DNA of 64,000 bases from Sminthopsis crassicaudata (taxonomy: Eukaryota). Below the pieces are notes generated by a model. It worked only from the letters and a program-made list of their open reading frames with translations, searched no databases and was not told where the DNA came from. Positions 37,115 through 50,860 of the stretch are shown here, piece after piece. The stretch spans positions 12,462,001 to 12,526,000 of the forward strand of contig NC_133622.1 in NCBI RefSeq assembly GCF_048593235.1, read 5' to 3'. How positions within the stretch are numbered: the stretch's first letter is position 1; each line of letters opens with the position of its first letter. The position numbers and the translations under genes were made by a program.

Positions 37115-37700
37115 GGATATTCCTTGATTTGAAATCTCTGAGTCATCTTTTGCCTTATTTTCCCCCTCATCTCTCCCTTCATTTAACTGTCAGATCCAGT
37201 AGATTCTACCTCCACACTATCTTTGCTATGTCTTCTCTCCATTCCTGTGGCCAATTCCCAGCTCTGACCCTCATTAACTTTCATTATTACAACAGCCTTC
37301 AAAGTAATTTTTGTTTGTTTTCTTTATCCAATCTCTCATGCACACTGCTGCCAGAAGTCCTAACAATGTGGTTATTGCCATGGCACTCCCCTAATCAGAA
37401 GCCTTCAGTAACTCTCTGACACCTGCTGAAAAAAAAAAAAAGCACAAACTCCTTAACCTGGCATTTAAGGTCTTTCACAATCTGAGCGTGACTGACATTT
37501 TGTCTTATTTGATTGTCCTTCTGTTCATGGATTCTTTATTCCTGCTAAACCAGATGGCTATCTGTGCTGTGACCTTATCCCATTGGTTCCTGCTTTTCTA
37601 CATTCATGTAAGCTGTCCCTCACATTTGGAGTATATTCTCTCTATTTATCTGTCCTAAAATCCTCCCATTATTTCAAGATTTGGTTTGTGGTACCCTCTC
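37115..37700 (+). mobile_element. L2 fragment
   Basis: CATGCACACTGCTGCCAG, AAACTCCTTAACCTGGCATTTAAGG. Confidence 0.75.
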
Positions 37701-37959
37701 AATGAATGCTTTAGCTACAGATCTTAAAAACCCTCAGGATAATAGAGATTATAAGGACCCAGCAACAGATATTGCAGCAGAGGGCATATCTATCTCAGAA
37801 GCCTTACTATCACAGACTCATTCTTCCTAATAAAACAGTTCTTTTCCAATGGGAAAACTACAAAGTGCATCCATAACCTAACAGACTCCTGGAAGAAGAA
37901 CACTCAAAAGACACTTCCTTCCAGGGGTGAATTAAGTTTGGGGGTCATTATACTGGAGG

Positions 37960-38670
37960 GACAATTCAAAGATGCCCTCATCACTTTGGAATTATACCTA
38001 AAAGGCAATCAAACCGAACAGGCCTTTTGATCCAGCAATATCACTATGAAGTTTGTATTTCAAAGAGATTTAACAAAAATGGAAAGAACCTGCTTGTACA
38101 AAAATATTTATAGCAGCTCTTTTTGTAGTGGCAAAGAACTGGAAATTTAAAAATAATACACTCATCATCTGGGGAATGTCTGATCAAATTATGGTCTGTG
38201 AATGTAATGGGATACTATTGGGCTATAGGAAATGATGAGCAGGCAGATTTCAGCAAAACCTGCAAAGACTTACATGAACTGATGCTGAGTGAAGGAAGCA
38301 GAACCAGAAGAACATTGTATCACCAATAGCAACATTGTGCTCAACAGTGAAGGACTTAGCTACAATGATCCAAAGCAATTCAAAAAAAGGAGGCATGTCA
38401 TCTACTTCCAGAGAAAGTACTGACGAAATCCAAATGCAGATTGAAGTACACTATTTTCACTTTATTTCTTTGTTTTTTTTCTTTTCCTCTGTTACTTCTT
38501 TTGCAACATCAGTAACACAGAAATGTTTTGCCTGATTGCACATATATAGCACATAAAATTCCCTACCATCTTAGAAAGAAGGAGGGACACAATTTGGAAC
38601 TCAAAACTTTTAAAAAGCAAATGTTACAGTTTGTCTATGTAATTGGAAAAACATACTATTAAAAAAAAAC
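37960..38670 (+). mobile_element. L1 ORF2 C-terminus and 3' UTR
   Basis: CCTTTTGATCCAGCAATATCACT, ATATTTATAGCAGCTCTTTTTGTAGTGGCAAAGAACTGGAAA, ACTTACATGAACTGATGCTGAGTGAA and A tail. Confidence 0.9.
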
Positions 38671-39159
38671 AGAATAACAAAACCAAATCTCCTGGGGAGG
38701 CTCAGACAATGCTCACCCTGGATCTTATGTACTTTTTTTGAATCTGCATCTCATTCTGAATCATCACATTCTACCCTGAGGCTTCAGGATTCCCTGAGCT
38801 TGATCATTCTTATTTCTTAAATATCCCAGCAGAGAGCCACTTCCACAAATTGGAGCTCTATAGCTCACTGCCTGCCTCCTCTAGTTTTTCTGTGTTAACA
38901 AAGTCTTTCCTGATCCCTCCAGATAAGAACGCTATCTCTATCCCTCAAATTTCTTATCATGCTTTTCTGAGAATTCTTTACCTCTATTACATCTTAGCTT
39001 GAATTACGCTTCATATTATACATGGCTTATTCAGCCTGTGACATTGTCAACTTCTTGACAAAAGGGTTCTGTTTCATTTTTCTTCTTTATAACTCCAGAA
39101 TCCAGCATTGTGTCTTGTAAGCCATAAGCATTTATTAAGCAATGGCTATGTTTAATTGT

Positions 39160-39340
39160 GGTCAGCTAGATAGTGTAGAGTCAGTGAGACCTGAGTTCCA
39201 GTGCAGTCTCAGACACTTACCAGCTGGGTGACCCTAAACAAACCACTTAACCCCATTTGTCTCAGTTTCCTCATCTATAAAGTGAGCTGGAGAAGGAAAT
39301 GGCAAAGAACTCCAGTATCTTTGCCAGGAAAACTCCCCCA
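39160..39340 (+). mobile_element. Mar1-type CORE-SINE
   Basis: GACCTGAGTTC, TCAGTTTCCTCATCTATAAA, GAGCTGGAGAAGGAAATGGCAAAGAACTCCAGTATCTTTGCCAGGAAAAC. Confidence 0.85.
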
Positions 39341-39729
39341 GCCATATGAAACCTTCCCTGATTCAGCAGCCTTTCTTTGATTATTGAACAATAATTATCT
39401 ATATCATTCATCAAATCATCCATTCATCAGATAATTCAACATATGGGTCATCTCATTAATGTTTGCAAATTATCTGAGGGTAAGGACTGTGTCTTTAAAC
39501 TTTGCAAAAAGACTCTAAAATCCTTTTCCAGCTCTATCTAAATGTCTATCACTTCTCACTGGGGCTCTAAGGAATGAATCAATGAATGAATGGATCAATG
39601 AATGAATGAATGACTTTTTGAAGTTAAAGAATCTTTCTTTCTGTGTATATTTTTTGGGACACTTGGTTTCCCTATGCCACCTAAGGTGGGAGTGTAACAG
39701 CTTCTTATCTGCTGACTCCACTGCTAACT

Positions 39730-39950
39730 AGCTCACATTTATACAGTGTTTTGAGTTTTACAAAGCACTTTGTAAACAGTATCTTATTTTACCCTCACAA
39801 CAATTCTGTGAGATAGATGATAATATTATTCTCATTGTACACAGTAGAAAACTAAGGCAGACATAGACTATGACTTGCCCACAGTCACAAAGCTAGTATT
39901 TGAGGCAGGATTGGAAATCGGGTCTTGTTAAGTTCAGGTCCTGTGACTAC
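39730..39950 (-). mobile_element. MIR
   Basis: TTTACAAAGCACTTT, CCCTCACAACAATTCTGTGAG, TGACTTGCCCACAGTCACA. Confidence 0.75.
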
Positions 39951-40228
39951 TGCCTAGAAAATGTTGACCAGTTCCATTTTGGATCTGGATTAGTTCACTC
40001 CTTTTAGGTAACCTGGTTGTGTGAGTTCCTGAATGCTCAATATTTTGGTGCTGGATTTTGTGTGGTTACCCCTACAGCAGCTCCCAACTCCATAACCCAA
40101 GTGATCATCTTAAAAAAAATTGGACATCTAAAGAAGTTCTAAAGTTATATGGTTTTTGAATTTATAGTGAGAATATTCTTCTGTGGAGTAAAGATGAGAA
40201 TGAGGGACAAAAGAGATCTCCTCAGATG

Positions 40229-40232
40229 TCTA

Positions 40233-40286
<54 letters not shown>
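40229..40286. repeat. (TCTA)n microsatellite
   Basis: Direct reading. Confidence 0.95.
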
Positions 40287-40287
<1 letters not shown>

Positions 40288-43200
40288 AAAACTAGTGATT
40301 GGATGATTAGAAACAATTCTAGGAAGTACATTAATTTTGGTGTCCTACTTATTTACCTCATCTAAAAGGCAAGTGAAAATTTTCAAGTATGAATGATCCT
40401 CTGAGAACTTAGTTATGTGGGTGGGTAGGTAGGCATTCTTCAGCATGTTGAATTCTAATATTTCTCCTATAACCACAATCTCTAAAAACCACTGAACCAT
40501 CTGCCCTGGGAAAACTCCCTCTGGATTTCACTTGGCAGAGAGCAAGAATTACCCCTGCAGGGAAGCATCAACTTAAATGGGTAAATAACAGTCTTACCTG
40601 GTAGGGCCAGGATTGTACCCTAAAGGCAACCTCAATAAAACACTGTATATTCTATGAAAACAGATGTTTTCTATTTGTAGGGCATAGTTCTTTTCTCTCT
40701 CTAATTAAGTGATGTTTCGTCTTCCCTTGTAACTTCCTCCTTCTCTGTCTCATTCCCATAGATTGCATTTTCCCACTGCCTAGAACTGCTCCCTGCTAAA
40801 AACCACTCACTGGGATGAAACCCATCCTGTTTAACCCCAAACTGGGCCTCGTGGCCATGCCAGTGATTTTCATTAAACCTTTCTATACCAAGGTGGTTGG
40901 GACGGATCAACCTTAGGCCGTCCTTCTCTCTGTTGAGGACAAATACATCTCAAGTCTTTAAACTAAAACCAATTTAGCTACAGCCACCTCTCGCTGTATG
41001 AAAAAATAAAAGCAAGAGAGTGGGCCTCTGATTCAGGAGCTTCATTAACCAGAGATAATGGAACTGTTTTTTGCATGGTAATGGTGATTATTTTAAGGTC
41101 CGTTATTTTCATAAATCAATTCACAATTTAATTCTACATGTTAAAGACACACATCGGAGAAACTCCGAAATAGAAAATATCAGAAAGGTCTGAAAAGGCA
41201 TCTCTACAAATTCTCTAAACAATCTCCAGTGGTACAGGACCAAGAAACTCCTGGGGCTCGAATCATTTGGGCTTAGTGTTTTTCTCTATAGGTATCTGGC
41301 AGAAGGTATATATACAGTAGAGACTAGGAATAAGGAGGGCCTGAGTTCCAATTTTGGTCTCAGAAACTAATACACTGTGTCACTTGGGAAAAGTTGCTTC
41401 ATCTGGTAATCTAATGCGAGGGAAGAACTTGCAAGTAATTTTGATCTTGTTATCTAGGATAAATTGGAAAAAAATAGAAGGAAGCCATAAGGATAAAAAA
41501 GGCTTTCAATAGCATTTGGAATAGAATTGGGACATTAAAGAAGTCAGGGAAGTCAGGAGGTAGAGAGGAAGAATGGGGCATTCCTGGGGTCAGGACATGG
41601 AGTGCTTGAGGAAAATCTAGGAGTTTAGGGTCACAGGAATTTCCTCATATGTAAAATGGGAATGTTCTAGGACATACAAAGACAAAATGATATTTATAAA
41701 GTGCTTGGAAAATCTAACACTGCTCTATAATCATCAATTCTATGGTGATGAAGATGATGATAGTGATGAAGAAGTAGGAAGAGAAGGAGAAGGATGATGA
41801 TTTTCTCTAAGTAGCTTCAACACATTTATTGTAGTTCTCCTGGGGGAGAATCTGTCTGTTATTAAAAAAATGTTACAGCATCACTGATGGGAGCATCAGT
41901 TTCAAGGAAATCAAAAATCCTCCATGATATTTAAAAATAACAAGGCAAATAGGTCTTTAGAGGTTGCTTGCCAACTTATCAACATAGGAGATACCATACA
42001 TATATTAATTATTCTGGGAACTCCTTTGGGTAGAAATCAAGCAGCTGATTATATCATGACTCCATACTAATTTTAGGTTTATTTCACGATCTGCCCACTG
42101 ACGAAAAAGTTTTTTTTTTGTCACAGACAAGATATTTACAAAAATATATATTGCATCCTTGGACCCTAACTTAGATAGATGTCCTTATAAAACCACATTT
42201 CATTTTTATCTTCAATTATATTGAAAAGGGACCACAGGTTCTAGGAGAAAAAGCAATATAAGTATTTAATTGAAGTATTTAAACAGTCAGGCGATTGATG
42301 TTTCTAAAAAAAGAATGTTCCCTGCAATGCTTTTTGTTTGTTTGTTTTTAAATTAGAATCTGGATTGAAAGGGCCAATTAATATCATCTTATGCCTTTTA
42401 TTTTTGGTGTCAACAACGATGATGCCAAAAGGGATAAGAATAGAGGAAAATATACTTAAAAAAACAAACATAAGATTTTAATGTGATATAAAGAATGGAT
42501 TTGTAATTCTGGCCAGCAATAGGTACATTCATTTAAAGAATTCTCTCACTTTACCTTTCTACTACAACAGGTACCATAAGGAGTTAAGTGAGGCTGAAGA
42601 ATATTCTAATAACATTTGCCAAATGAACTTTAGGGGAGCTACAGTCTTACTGACATCTGCTACCCTCCAATATGCTACTAGGCTAAAGGTACTGATGAAG
42701 CACTGTGGTAATTGAAATCTGTTTATCTTTGACCACAAGAGGTCGAATGATATGAGAACACTTCAGTGAGAATGATGACTAGGTAAGTAACAGTAGAATG
42801 AGAGACAAAAAATAAAGGATGAAAATGTATCACCTGGAAGAGAATGAATCGGGAGTAGTTCTCGCCAAGTTTCCCAGTATTTCAGAATGCCATTAATTAT
42901 ATAGTTTTATAACACCATGAAACTATTCACTGTTCATTTACAATAATGTCTTCCTTTATTAGGAAATGTTTTTGTTTCCTTTCAGAAGATGAGTCACATC
43001 ACTTTTCTCAAAGCAGATCATCTGTTCCTCAGTGCAAAAGTCAAGGCTGTTTATCGGCTGGCCGTGTTCTAACCCTCCAAACCCATTATGTTCTACAAAC
43101 ACCCTTCTGAGCTTTTACATTTCCCCATATACCTTTTTCAAAAGCATTGCATCTCCTTTCTCATATTGTTACCTTCAACTAAATGACTTCATGGTTCCAT

Positions 43201-43784
43201 TCAAGTTCCATCAGTATCACTGAAGATCTGCTCCAAGACAATCCTACTCCAGTAAACCTTTTCAGACTCATGTCATTCCCATTCTCATCCTCCACTTTTG
43301 TGACACTCAGGTGTTCGGCTTTTGTGTATTCATGTGCTTGTTTTTATCCCACTGCACTTATTAAAAAGAGCCCAAAGATCTGGATTTCTACTCTAATTGC
43401 TTCCATTTGCAAGTTGTGTGAAGTAGGCAAAATCACTTTTTTCCCCTGAATCTCATAATCCTGATCTTTGACTGGGGACATTATCTGCCCCTGACCTCAC
43501 AAAGTGCTGGTAATCTTAGGAGATATCATAACTTCATGTTCAGGAAATCGGTAATGAATACACAAGTGTGAGATATGATTATTTATGTGCAGACAGTTTG
43601 TCTCACTGACAAGACTTAAAGCCAAAGTCCATTTCTTCTTCTATTTATATAATACCTAAATAGCACCAAGTTAATCCTCCTATGGCTGCTCAATGAGAAT
43701 TCCCTGAATAAAGCAGAAAACACTACTGGTCTGCAAGATCACACCTGGGTATTGAACCTAATAATGCACTAGAATGATGACAGA

Positions 43785-44035
43785 AATAAGGTCAGGTAGC
43801 ACAGTGGAAAGAATGCTGGACCTAGAATCAGGAAGACTAATTTTCCTGAGTTCCAATCTGCCCCAAACACTTACTAGCCGTATATCCCTGGGCAACTTAT
43901 TTAAGAGTTTGCTGATTTCTTCATCTTTAAAACGAGCTGGAGAAGGAAATGGTAAAGCACAACACTGCAGCATCTTTACCAAGAAAAATCCAAATGAGAT
44001 CATGACCAAAATTGCTAAAGAACAAATATCATAAA
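43785..44035 (+). mobile_element. Mar1-type CORE-SINE
   Basis: CCTAGAATCAGGAAGAC head; GAGCTGGAGAAGGAAATGGTAAAGCAC...CTTTACCAAGAAAA tail. Confidence 0.85.
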
Positions 44036-44502
44036 TACAATGCTTGGGGCATCTTTATAGAAAAGGAAAAGGGATCAAACTGGTTGTGTTTTTTGATCAG
44101 GGTCATAAATGTATTAATTAAGTGACAAAATCTGGATTTATAACTCTGTCTCCAAAATAAATATCCAGCATGTATCCTTGATGTGCTTCATCCATATCCA
44201 AAATGGTGACTTGCCATCATTCAAATAAAGGGTAGATACCAACTTCTAAGAATGGTGTGGAAGGGATTAATTTTAATACTGATGGAAGGAGATAATCTCA
44301 GATATTCTTTCCTACCCTGATATCCTGTTGCTTCCCAGAAAAATCTGCTAAAGAACAACCTCCTCAAGCTAAGATCTACTAAAGAGATAATATGTATATA
44401 CAATATATCCAAGGTGAAAACTGGGTCAGTCAACAAATAATGACTATTATATATTGCATTTATATTATACTACACATAATATTTATATTATATTTTATGT
44501 CT

Positions 44503-44503
44503 G

Positions 44504-44552
<49 letters not shown>

Positions 44553-44579
44553 TTATCTACCTATCTATCTATCTATCTA
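44503..44579. repeat. (TCTA)n microsatellite
   Basis: Direct reading. Confidence 0.95.
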
Positions 44580-45149
44580 AAATTAGCCCACTATGGGACT
44601 ACCTCCAATTCAGCATCTACAAAAATAAAGAAGGCATGGTTGATGCCTTCAGTGTATTTATAACCCAGTTAAGAATTTATAATATGACTTTCTTATTTCT
44701 TTGCCCCTCAACTCATTAGACTGCTGAATTCTTTCCTGGGAAACAGCCTTGATTGAGAATAGATCTAAGTTCTAGGTTAACAGGGAATCATGAAGTCCTT
44801 TCCCAAATGCTGTGGGGCTCAAGAGTTCAGTGTGAGAACTGAAGGTATGAACATAACGATGACATCTTTGAGCATTGGGACAGAATTATATTCTTCACAC
44901 ACTTCACAAAAGCCACACTTTTTTATGATTTCTGAATTTCCATGACTGGTGTACATTACAACTGCTCCATGCCTTAAGAAATCATTACATGAATTTATGT
45001 AACCTCAAAGTTTGTCTGGTCAACAGTCTGATGGAGGTCCTCTCTGAAATAAGCTAAACAGGTCTTTTTGGGCAGGACCATTAAGATTACATTGGAGGTT
45101 TTACAGATAGGAGCTACTTTGGAGAGAGCATGGCCACATGACATGATGA

Positions 45150-45370
45150 AGCTCAAGTTGTCATTTTTCATTTGTTTCCAACTCTCCAGGATGCCATTTG
45201 TGATGTTCTTGGCAAAGAGACTGGGATGATTGGCCATTTCTTTCTCCGGCTCATTTTACAGAGAAAGAAACTGAGACCACAGGGTGAAGTGACTTGCCCA
45301 AATTCATACAATTAAGAGTCTAGAGCAAGATTTGAACTGATGAAGAGAAGTTTTCCTTATTTCATGTCTG
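45150..45370 (-). mobile_element. Mar1-type CORE-SINE
   Basis: TTCTTGGCAAAGAGACTGG...TTGGCCATTTCTTTCTCC tail; GTGAAGTGACTTGCCCA core. Confidence 0.8.
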
Positions 45371-45409
45371 TGCTACCTAGGTACTCCTTGAAGCATGTAA
45401 GAAAATACT

Positions 45410-45412
<3 letters not shown>

Positions 45413-45472
<60 letters not shown>

Positions 45473-45545
45473 CACACACATATATATATATATATAAATA
45501 CATATACTATAAAAGTATAGTTGTATATATAATTATAACATATAC
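45413..45545. repeat. Compound (CA)n/(TA)n microsatellite
   Basis: Direct reading. Confidence 0.95.
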
Positions 45546-46689
45546 ACATATTTATGTTGTATATTAAAAGCAAAATAAGAAGCATTCTTAAAATAGATAC
45601 TATTTTCTCAGATTCCCTGGATCCTACTTCGTCAAATCTTGATAGAAAATTTCCCTCTGGATTAGAGGAAAAAATGATGGCGGGTTGGATATGAAGTAAG
45701 CTGCTCCTTTAACAATCAAAGATAGATCTTATCACTTTGTGGGGAAACATGCCTCTTTAGTCACTAAAACTCCATTCTTCCTGCTGCTGCCCTGCACTTG
45801 TCCCTTTCCTTTTTCTGTGCCTTTAATTAAATGTTAACATTTATGTGCCCTTTTTTTATTGGGTGAAAGATAACCTTTGCTTCCTGTGGAGTTTAGATAA
45901 GCTTCGCCCTATGACAGGTAGCGAACAGGTTCATCTTGATATAAAGCAAGGGATGGAGAGAAACCTTTGATCTGTTTGGCTGAAATAGCTTAAAATGCCA
46001 GTCTGAATATTTGTTTAGCACTTACTTCTTTTACGTAATGCCCGTGTAATGAATTATTTCTGGGCATTACTGTAGCGAAAAGGTTTAAGCTCAAATTAGT
46101 CATACTAAGTGGCTGTGACCCTTCCTAGCATTAGAGCCACTATTGTCCCAGAGCTTTTTTAATTGTTGAAAATATATCGTTGCAGAGAGCTGCTGCTTAT
46201 GGTTCTGAGTTTCACAAGAAAACAACAATAATTAGGCGTCTGTGGCTAAATATCTACAAATCCACTTACATATATGTACTTGTATAAATCCTTTTTTCAT
46301 TCTGGCTTGCAATCATTTGCAGAGCAGTGCAAAGGGCTCTAGATCCAGCATTAGGAGGCCTGAATTCTAGTCTTGTCTCTGTTGGCAATTAACTATAGGA
46401 TCTCAGTAAAATCACAACAGCTCTATTTTCTCACCATTAAGGAAATGAGTTGAACAGATGAGCATAGATCATCTTATGATATTCTTGTAGAATTCTACTT
46501 ACCCTAATCTTTCTTAGCTACTTGGTCTTATATTTTTAAAGGGTAAATTATTGATTTTTTAAAGAAATGAAATAACCTATATTGTAATAAATACATTAAA
46601 CGTCCTTTTTGTTTATGATATGAAGCATCTCATTTCTTTGTGTTTTGAACATTGGACATATTTTATGGTGGGACATTTTCTCTGTCAAT

Positions 46690-47250
46690 TTTGTCTTCCA
46701 AGTCTATAGCCCACATTGCTTAGGGATCAATGGAAGGAAAGAAGGATATGTGACCTGGAAAAAAAGGAGATGATGACAAAGTGTTATCTGTGTTTAGACA
46801 TTTGTGGGGATGTCTTATAGAGGGGTGTGTATAATATATATTTATATATACATATATTATGTATGTATATATATATTATGTATGTGTATGCCATGACATA
46901 CACATACATAAAATATACATATATATTATATAAATATGTAAATAGATGATAGATAGATAGATAGATAGATAGCAGAGGAAAGTACTAGGAAGGAAAGGGT
47001 ACTAGGTAGAGGAAACAAGAAGGCTTGATGGCAGAAAAAAAGTCCTTACAACTAGTGCTATCAAAGGGAGAAATGAGCAGCCATGAAAAGCAATGGATTC
47101 TCTGTCATTGGATGTTTTTTGTAGGAACTGGAAAACTATTTGTCAGGCATATAATGCGAACTTATTATGAACATTCCTGCTGCATATGAGTTGGACAAGA
47201 TGCATATTGAGATCCCTTTCAGCTAGAATCAAATGATTTTATGATTATAA
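46690..47250 (+). mobile_element. CR1/L3 3' portion with an internal TA/GATA microsatellite expansion (~46825-46972)
   Basis: GGATGTCTTATAGAGG before the microsatellite; TCTCTGTCATTGGATGTTTT and GAGTTGGACAAGATG...GAGATCCCTTTCAGCT after it. Confidence 0.7.
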
Positions 47251-50200
47251 TCATCACATAGGAAGATATGTTAGACATACGGTTTGTAAACATATGGTAA
47301 AGAGCAAAATGAAAAATGAAATAAAGGAGAGGGAGAAGCAGAATGGAGAAGGAAAAATAATTGGATGGGGTTTTCAAATGAATTTTTTTAAAAATTAGCC
47401 TAAGAATAGCAAGAGAAACTGAGCCATTTATATTGTGGCAAAAATCTTTAGGCAGGTAGTCTATTTAAGATAACTTTTTTTTTTTTTTACTGAGTAGAAA
47501 TATATTTGCCTTTATTAATATCCCTGTCATCCATCATTCCTAGCCTAATTCCACATTAAATCACCAATGTGACATTTTCCTAAAATACTACTCCTGAGAA
47601 TTTTAATAACTATTTGATGGGAACTTTTCAGAAGAAAGACTTATTTTGACTAGTCAAGTATTTTAATTTTATAATTTTATGTATTTCTCAAACATGAAAT
47701 GAAGACGTATACAAATTATGACAAAGGCCTTCCTTCTCAGTTTTCATGAACTGGTACATGAACTTATTTCCTCATGATCCCATTTCCAGTGAAGCCTCCT
47801 AATTAACCTCTCTGCCTCTATTTCCTCCAAGTTTATCCTAAGCACATAATTTTAAAGATGGAAATGAACTTAGAGATCATGTAGGTCAAACTTACTCATT
47901 AAATGAGAAAACTGAGGAGTAGAAAAGCCACTGGACTTTTCTAAGGTCACCTTCAGAGATGTGCCGGGAGTATGGGGAAATGTATTCAAACCTGGTTTTA
48001 AATTTAATCTTCACCATTAAGACTCTCTTAAGTCTTGACAATTTACAAAGCGATCAATCAAGCTCTGATTTGTAGTGCTTGCTGATTTCTGAAGTAGAAA
48101 TGCTCTCCCTGAAAGCTGAACAACTAGAGCGGCTGCCACTGGCTTTAGCACACCCCAGGCATATTCTAGGTCCAAGTCACCACACAAGCAAAGGGAGAAT
48201 GGGCAGGAAGAAAATGACTCACATAGAAGGAGGCGCTTGACTGACAATTTTGAAGACAATTTTGAATTCTAAGAAGCAAAAGTCTGAAAACATGAATTCT
48301 AGGTAAAAGCCAAATGCTCAGATGTGAGAGATGATGAGGATGAGAGGAACAAAAAAGGCCCATTTGGCTTGAATATATAACGGCTATAGAGGGTCAGGCC
48401 CAGACTGTCCAGCGTGACTTTGTGGGGCTCCCAACGTCCCCTCCTCTCATCTGAGAGCTGCTGGTGGAGGAGGGGACATGATGGACCCAGAATGCAGCAG
48501 CAACATGAGCCACTAGAAGTTCTCAGCCTTGAGAGGAGGTGGAATGGGACCAGCAGGGCCTCTATTTGTAGTGAAGGGCAGGGGTAGAAAAACAAGCTGT
48601 TGCCACCATCCCACAGGACAGGGGCAAGGGTCTGCGATTGTGGTAAACGGGACATGGTTATCCACACACCCAGGCATAAGGAAGCTTGTTTTTCTCAAAA
48701 TTTGGCCAATCAATAAAAATTAAACATCCCCCTTGGGAAGGTCTAACTAATGAGCAAAAAGTAAACATCTCCCCCCAATCCCAACCTTTGCATGTAAAAT
48801 ACCATCCTGGAGCACCTCCTTAAACCAAGCACCTCTCTATGCTGCTTGGTCCTTTGTAGGACAGAAAAACCTTATCCATTGAGAAACCTGTCCAGTGTCA
48901 GGTAATTGTCTGCTCTCCCCCTGAAGGGACATGCAGCCTTGGACCACATGGAGAACAGCATCAGAAAAAAGCAGCACATTATAAATGAAATCAAAGTGTG
49001 GTTCCTCTCCCCAAAATATCCTGCAGATTCAGAACTAATTAAATGATGTACAGATGAATGCACAGTAAAAATTGCATTAGGATGCACTATCAGACCCCCC
49101 ATCCAGGACCGATTCACTTGCTTCCAATTACCCTCACTCCCCTACAAAGTCTTGGACTTCACGTGTAAGGAAACTTTCCAAACCGTTACATCTTAAGTCT
49201 CACAATGATGTTTCTTAATTCAAGAAAGAGGTACTCTGCTCTGTATGAACTGGGAGCCAAGTAGGGCCTGAGCACAAACCAGATAATAATCCTTTTCACC
49301 CTGATATATGTCCAGTTAGAGAAAGGAAAGGCAACAAATAGAAAATCTTTGCTATAATTTTTCCAAAACATTCAATGATTTGGGTCCTTAAGCTCATAAC
49401 ACTAATTTGTACGTTCTTGATTGATCAATACTGATGTGGTTACTAGATAGGAATGTACTAACTCCCAAAGAACCTTCTTCATCATGATCTTACTAACATC
49501 TTAAATAAAAGTCTAAACAAAGCAAGGATTGGGTTCAAATTTAAATGTGAAGGATTATTTTAATGGAAATAATATAACTGTACACACAGAGTTGTTACAT
49601 CATAAAATTATGACAACTGGCTGCTACCGTCAAACTTGAGAATCTCTGTGAACTTTATTTTGCTTTGTGTTTAAGTTATGTTTACATTTAAAGAAGATCT
49701 CTTACGTTTTAGTTGTCTTACTGATATGCTTTTCTAGTTCTCTTGACTTAAGATATACTTTTCCATTAATATTTAATCAGGCTAGTTTAACTTTTATCCC
49801 ATCAGCAGAGTTCATCATCTAGACTCTAGAACCATCACCCCCTCTACTGCTGGTGCAAGATAGCATATAATCTTAGGGAAATTCTGGGGATGAGAGGTAT
49901 ATGACAAAATTTCAGGAACTAATAAAGTGTATTTAACTCTATTAAATTGTACAAGCAAATTCTAAATATGTGATATAATTTTGGCCTCAAAGTCTCATTA
50001 TAAACTTAGACTACAATAGTAAAAGCAATCATTATTTTTAATTGACAACAAAATTGGAATCTCACAAACAGAAGGATGACAAACAAGGTTAGGAAGATTT
50101 TTAAATTAGGTACAAAAAGGAAACAGAAAATCTAGAACAAAAGGAGAAAAGACTTTGCCTTTGTGATAAGCCAAGGGAAAAACCCATTGTTACTGTATAT

Positions 50201-50309
50201 TAGTGTTTTCTTTTATGTTCAAAAATGATTAACATCTTCAATAAAAATTGTTCATAAAAAGGAATACATAATAGAATGGATTGATATGTAACAAGCCCAG
50301 AAAAATCAG

Positions 50310-50860
50310 CTGGGAGCAGGATGTAAAGGGCTTTAAGTATCAAATATTATAATTTATATTTGAATGTATAGCTAAAAGGGGACCACTATACTAAAAAAAT
50401 ATGACATTTATTGAGCAGAAAAGGGCCATCATCAAACCTCTACATTAATAGCATCACTTTGGCAGTTAAGTGGAGGATGGGTTAAAGGAGATCACTTATT
50501 CACTGATGCAAATTAGAAGGCTATTGTGATTGTTCAGAGGAGAGGTGCCAAAGGTCCAGAAGGTATAAGAGTTGACAGAAAGGTACTGATGTGGGGGATG
50601 CTCTGGAGATAGAACAGGGGAAGTGTTGCCATCGTGGGGGAAGATAGAGTCACAAAAGCAAGCTATTTTTTAACACTGAAAGCCAGTATGACTAGAAGTA
50701 TGATGGTTCCCTTTAATATCATAAGGAAATTTGGAAGAAGGGTGATTTTAGAAACAAAGGTAAGCTGTTCTATTTTCAAGATATTCAAGATGAGATGCTT
50801 CAGATATCCATTTCAAGTGTCCAATAAATTAACAATTCATTGCTTGAAAACTATTATATC
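50310..50860 (-). mobile_element. L2 fragment
   Basis: GGGCTTTAAGTATCAAA, GGAGGCTATTG-like motif, TTCAAGATGAGATGCTTCAGATATCCA. Confidence 0.65.

Noticed and set aside
48017-48259. 80-aa ORF as a possible processed pseudogene
   Set aside because: No recognisable protein, poly-A or TSD.
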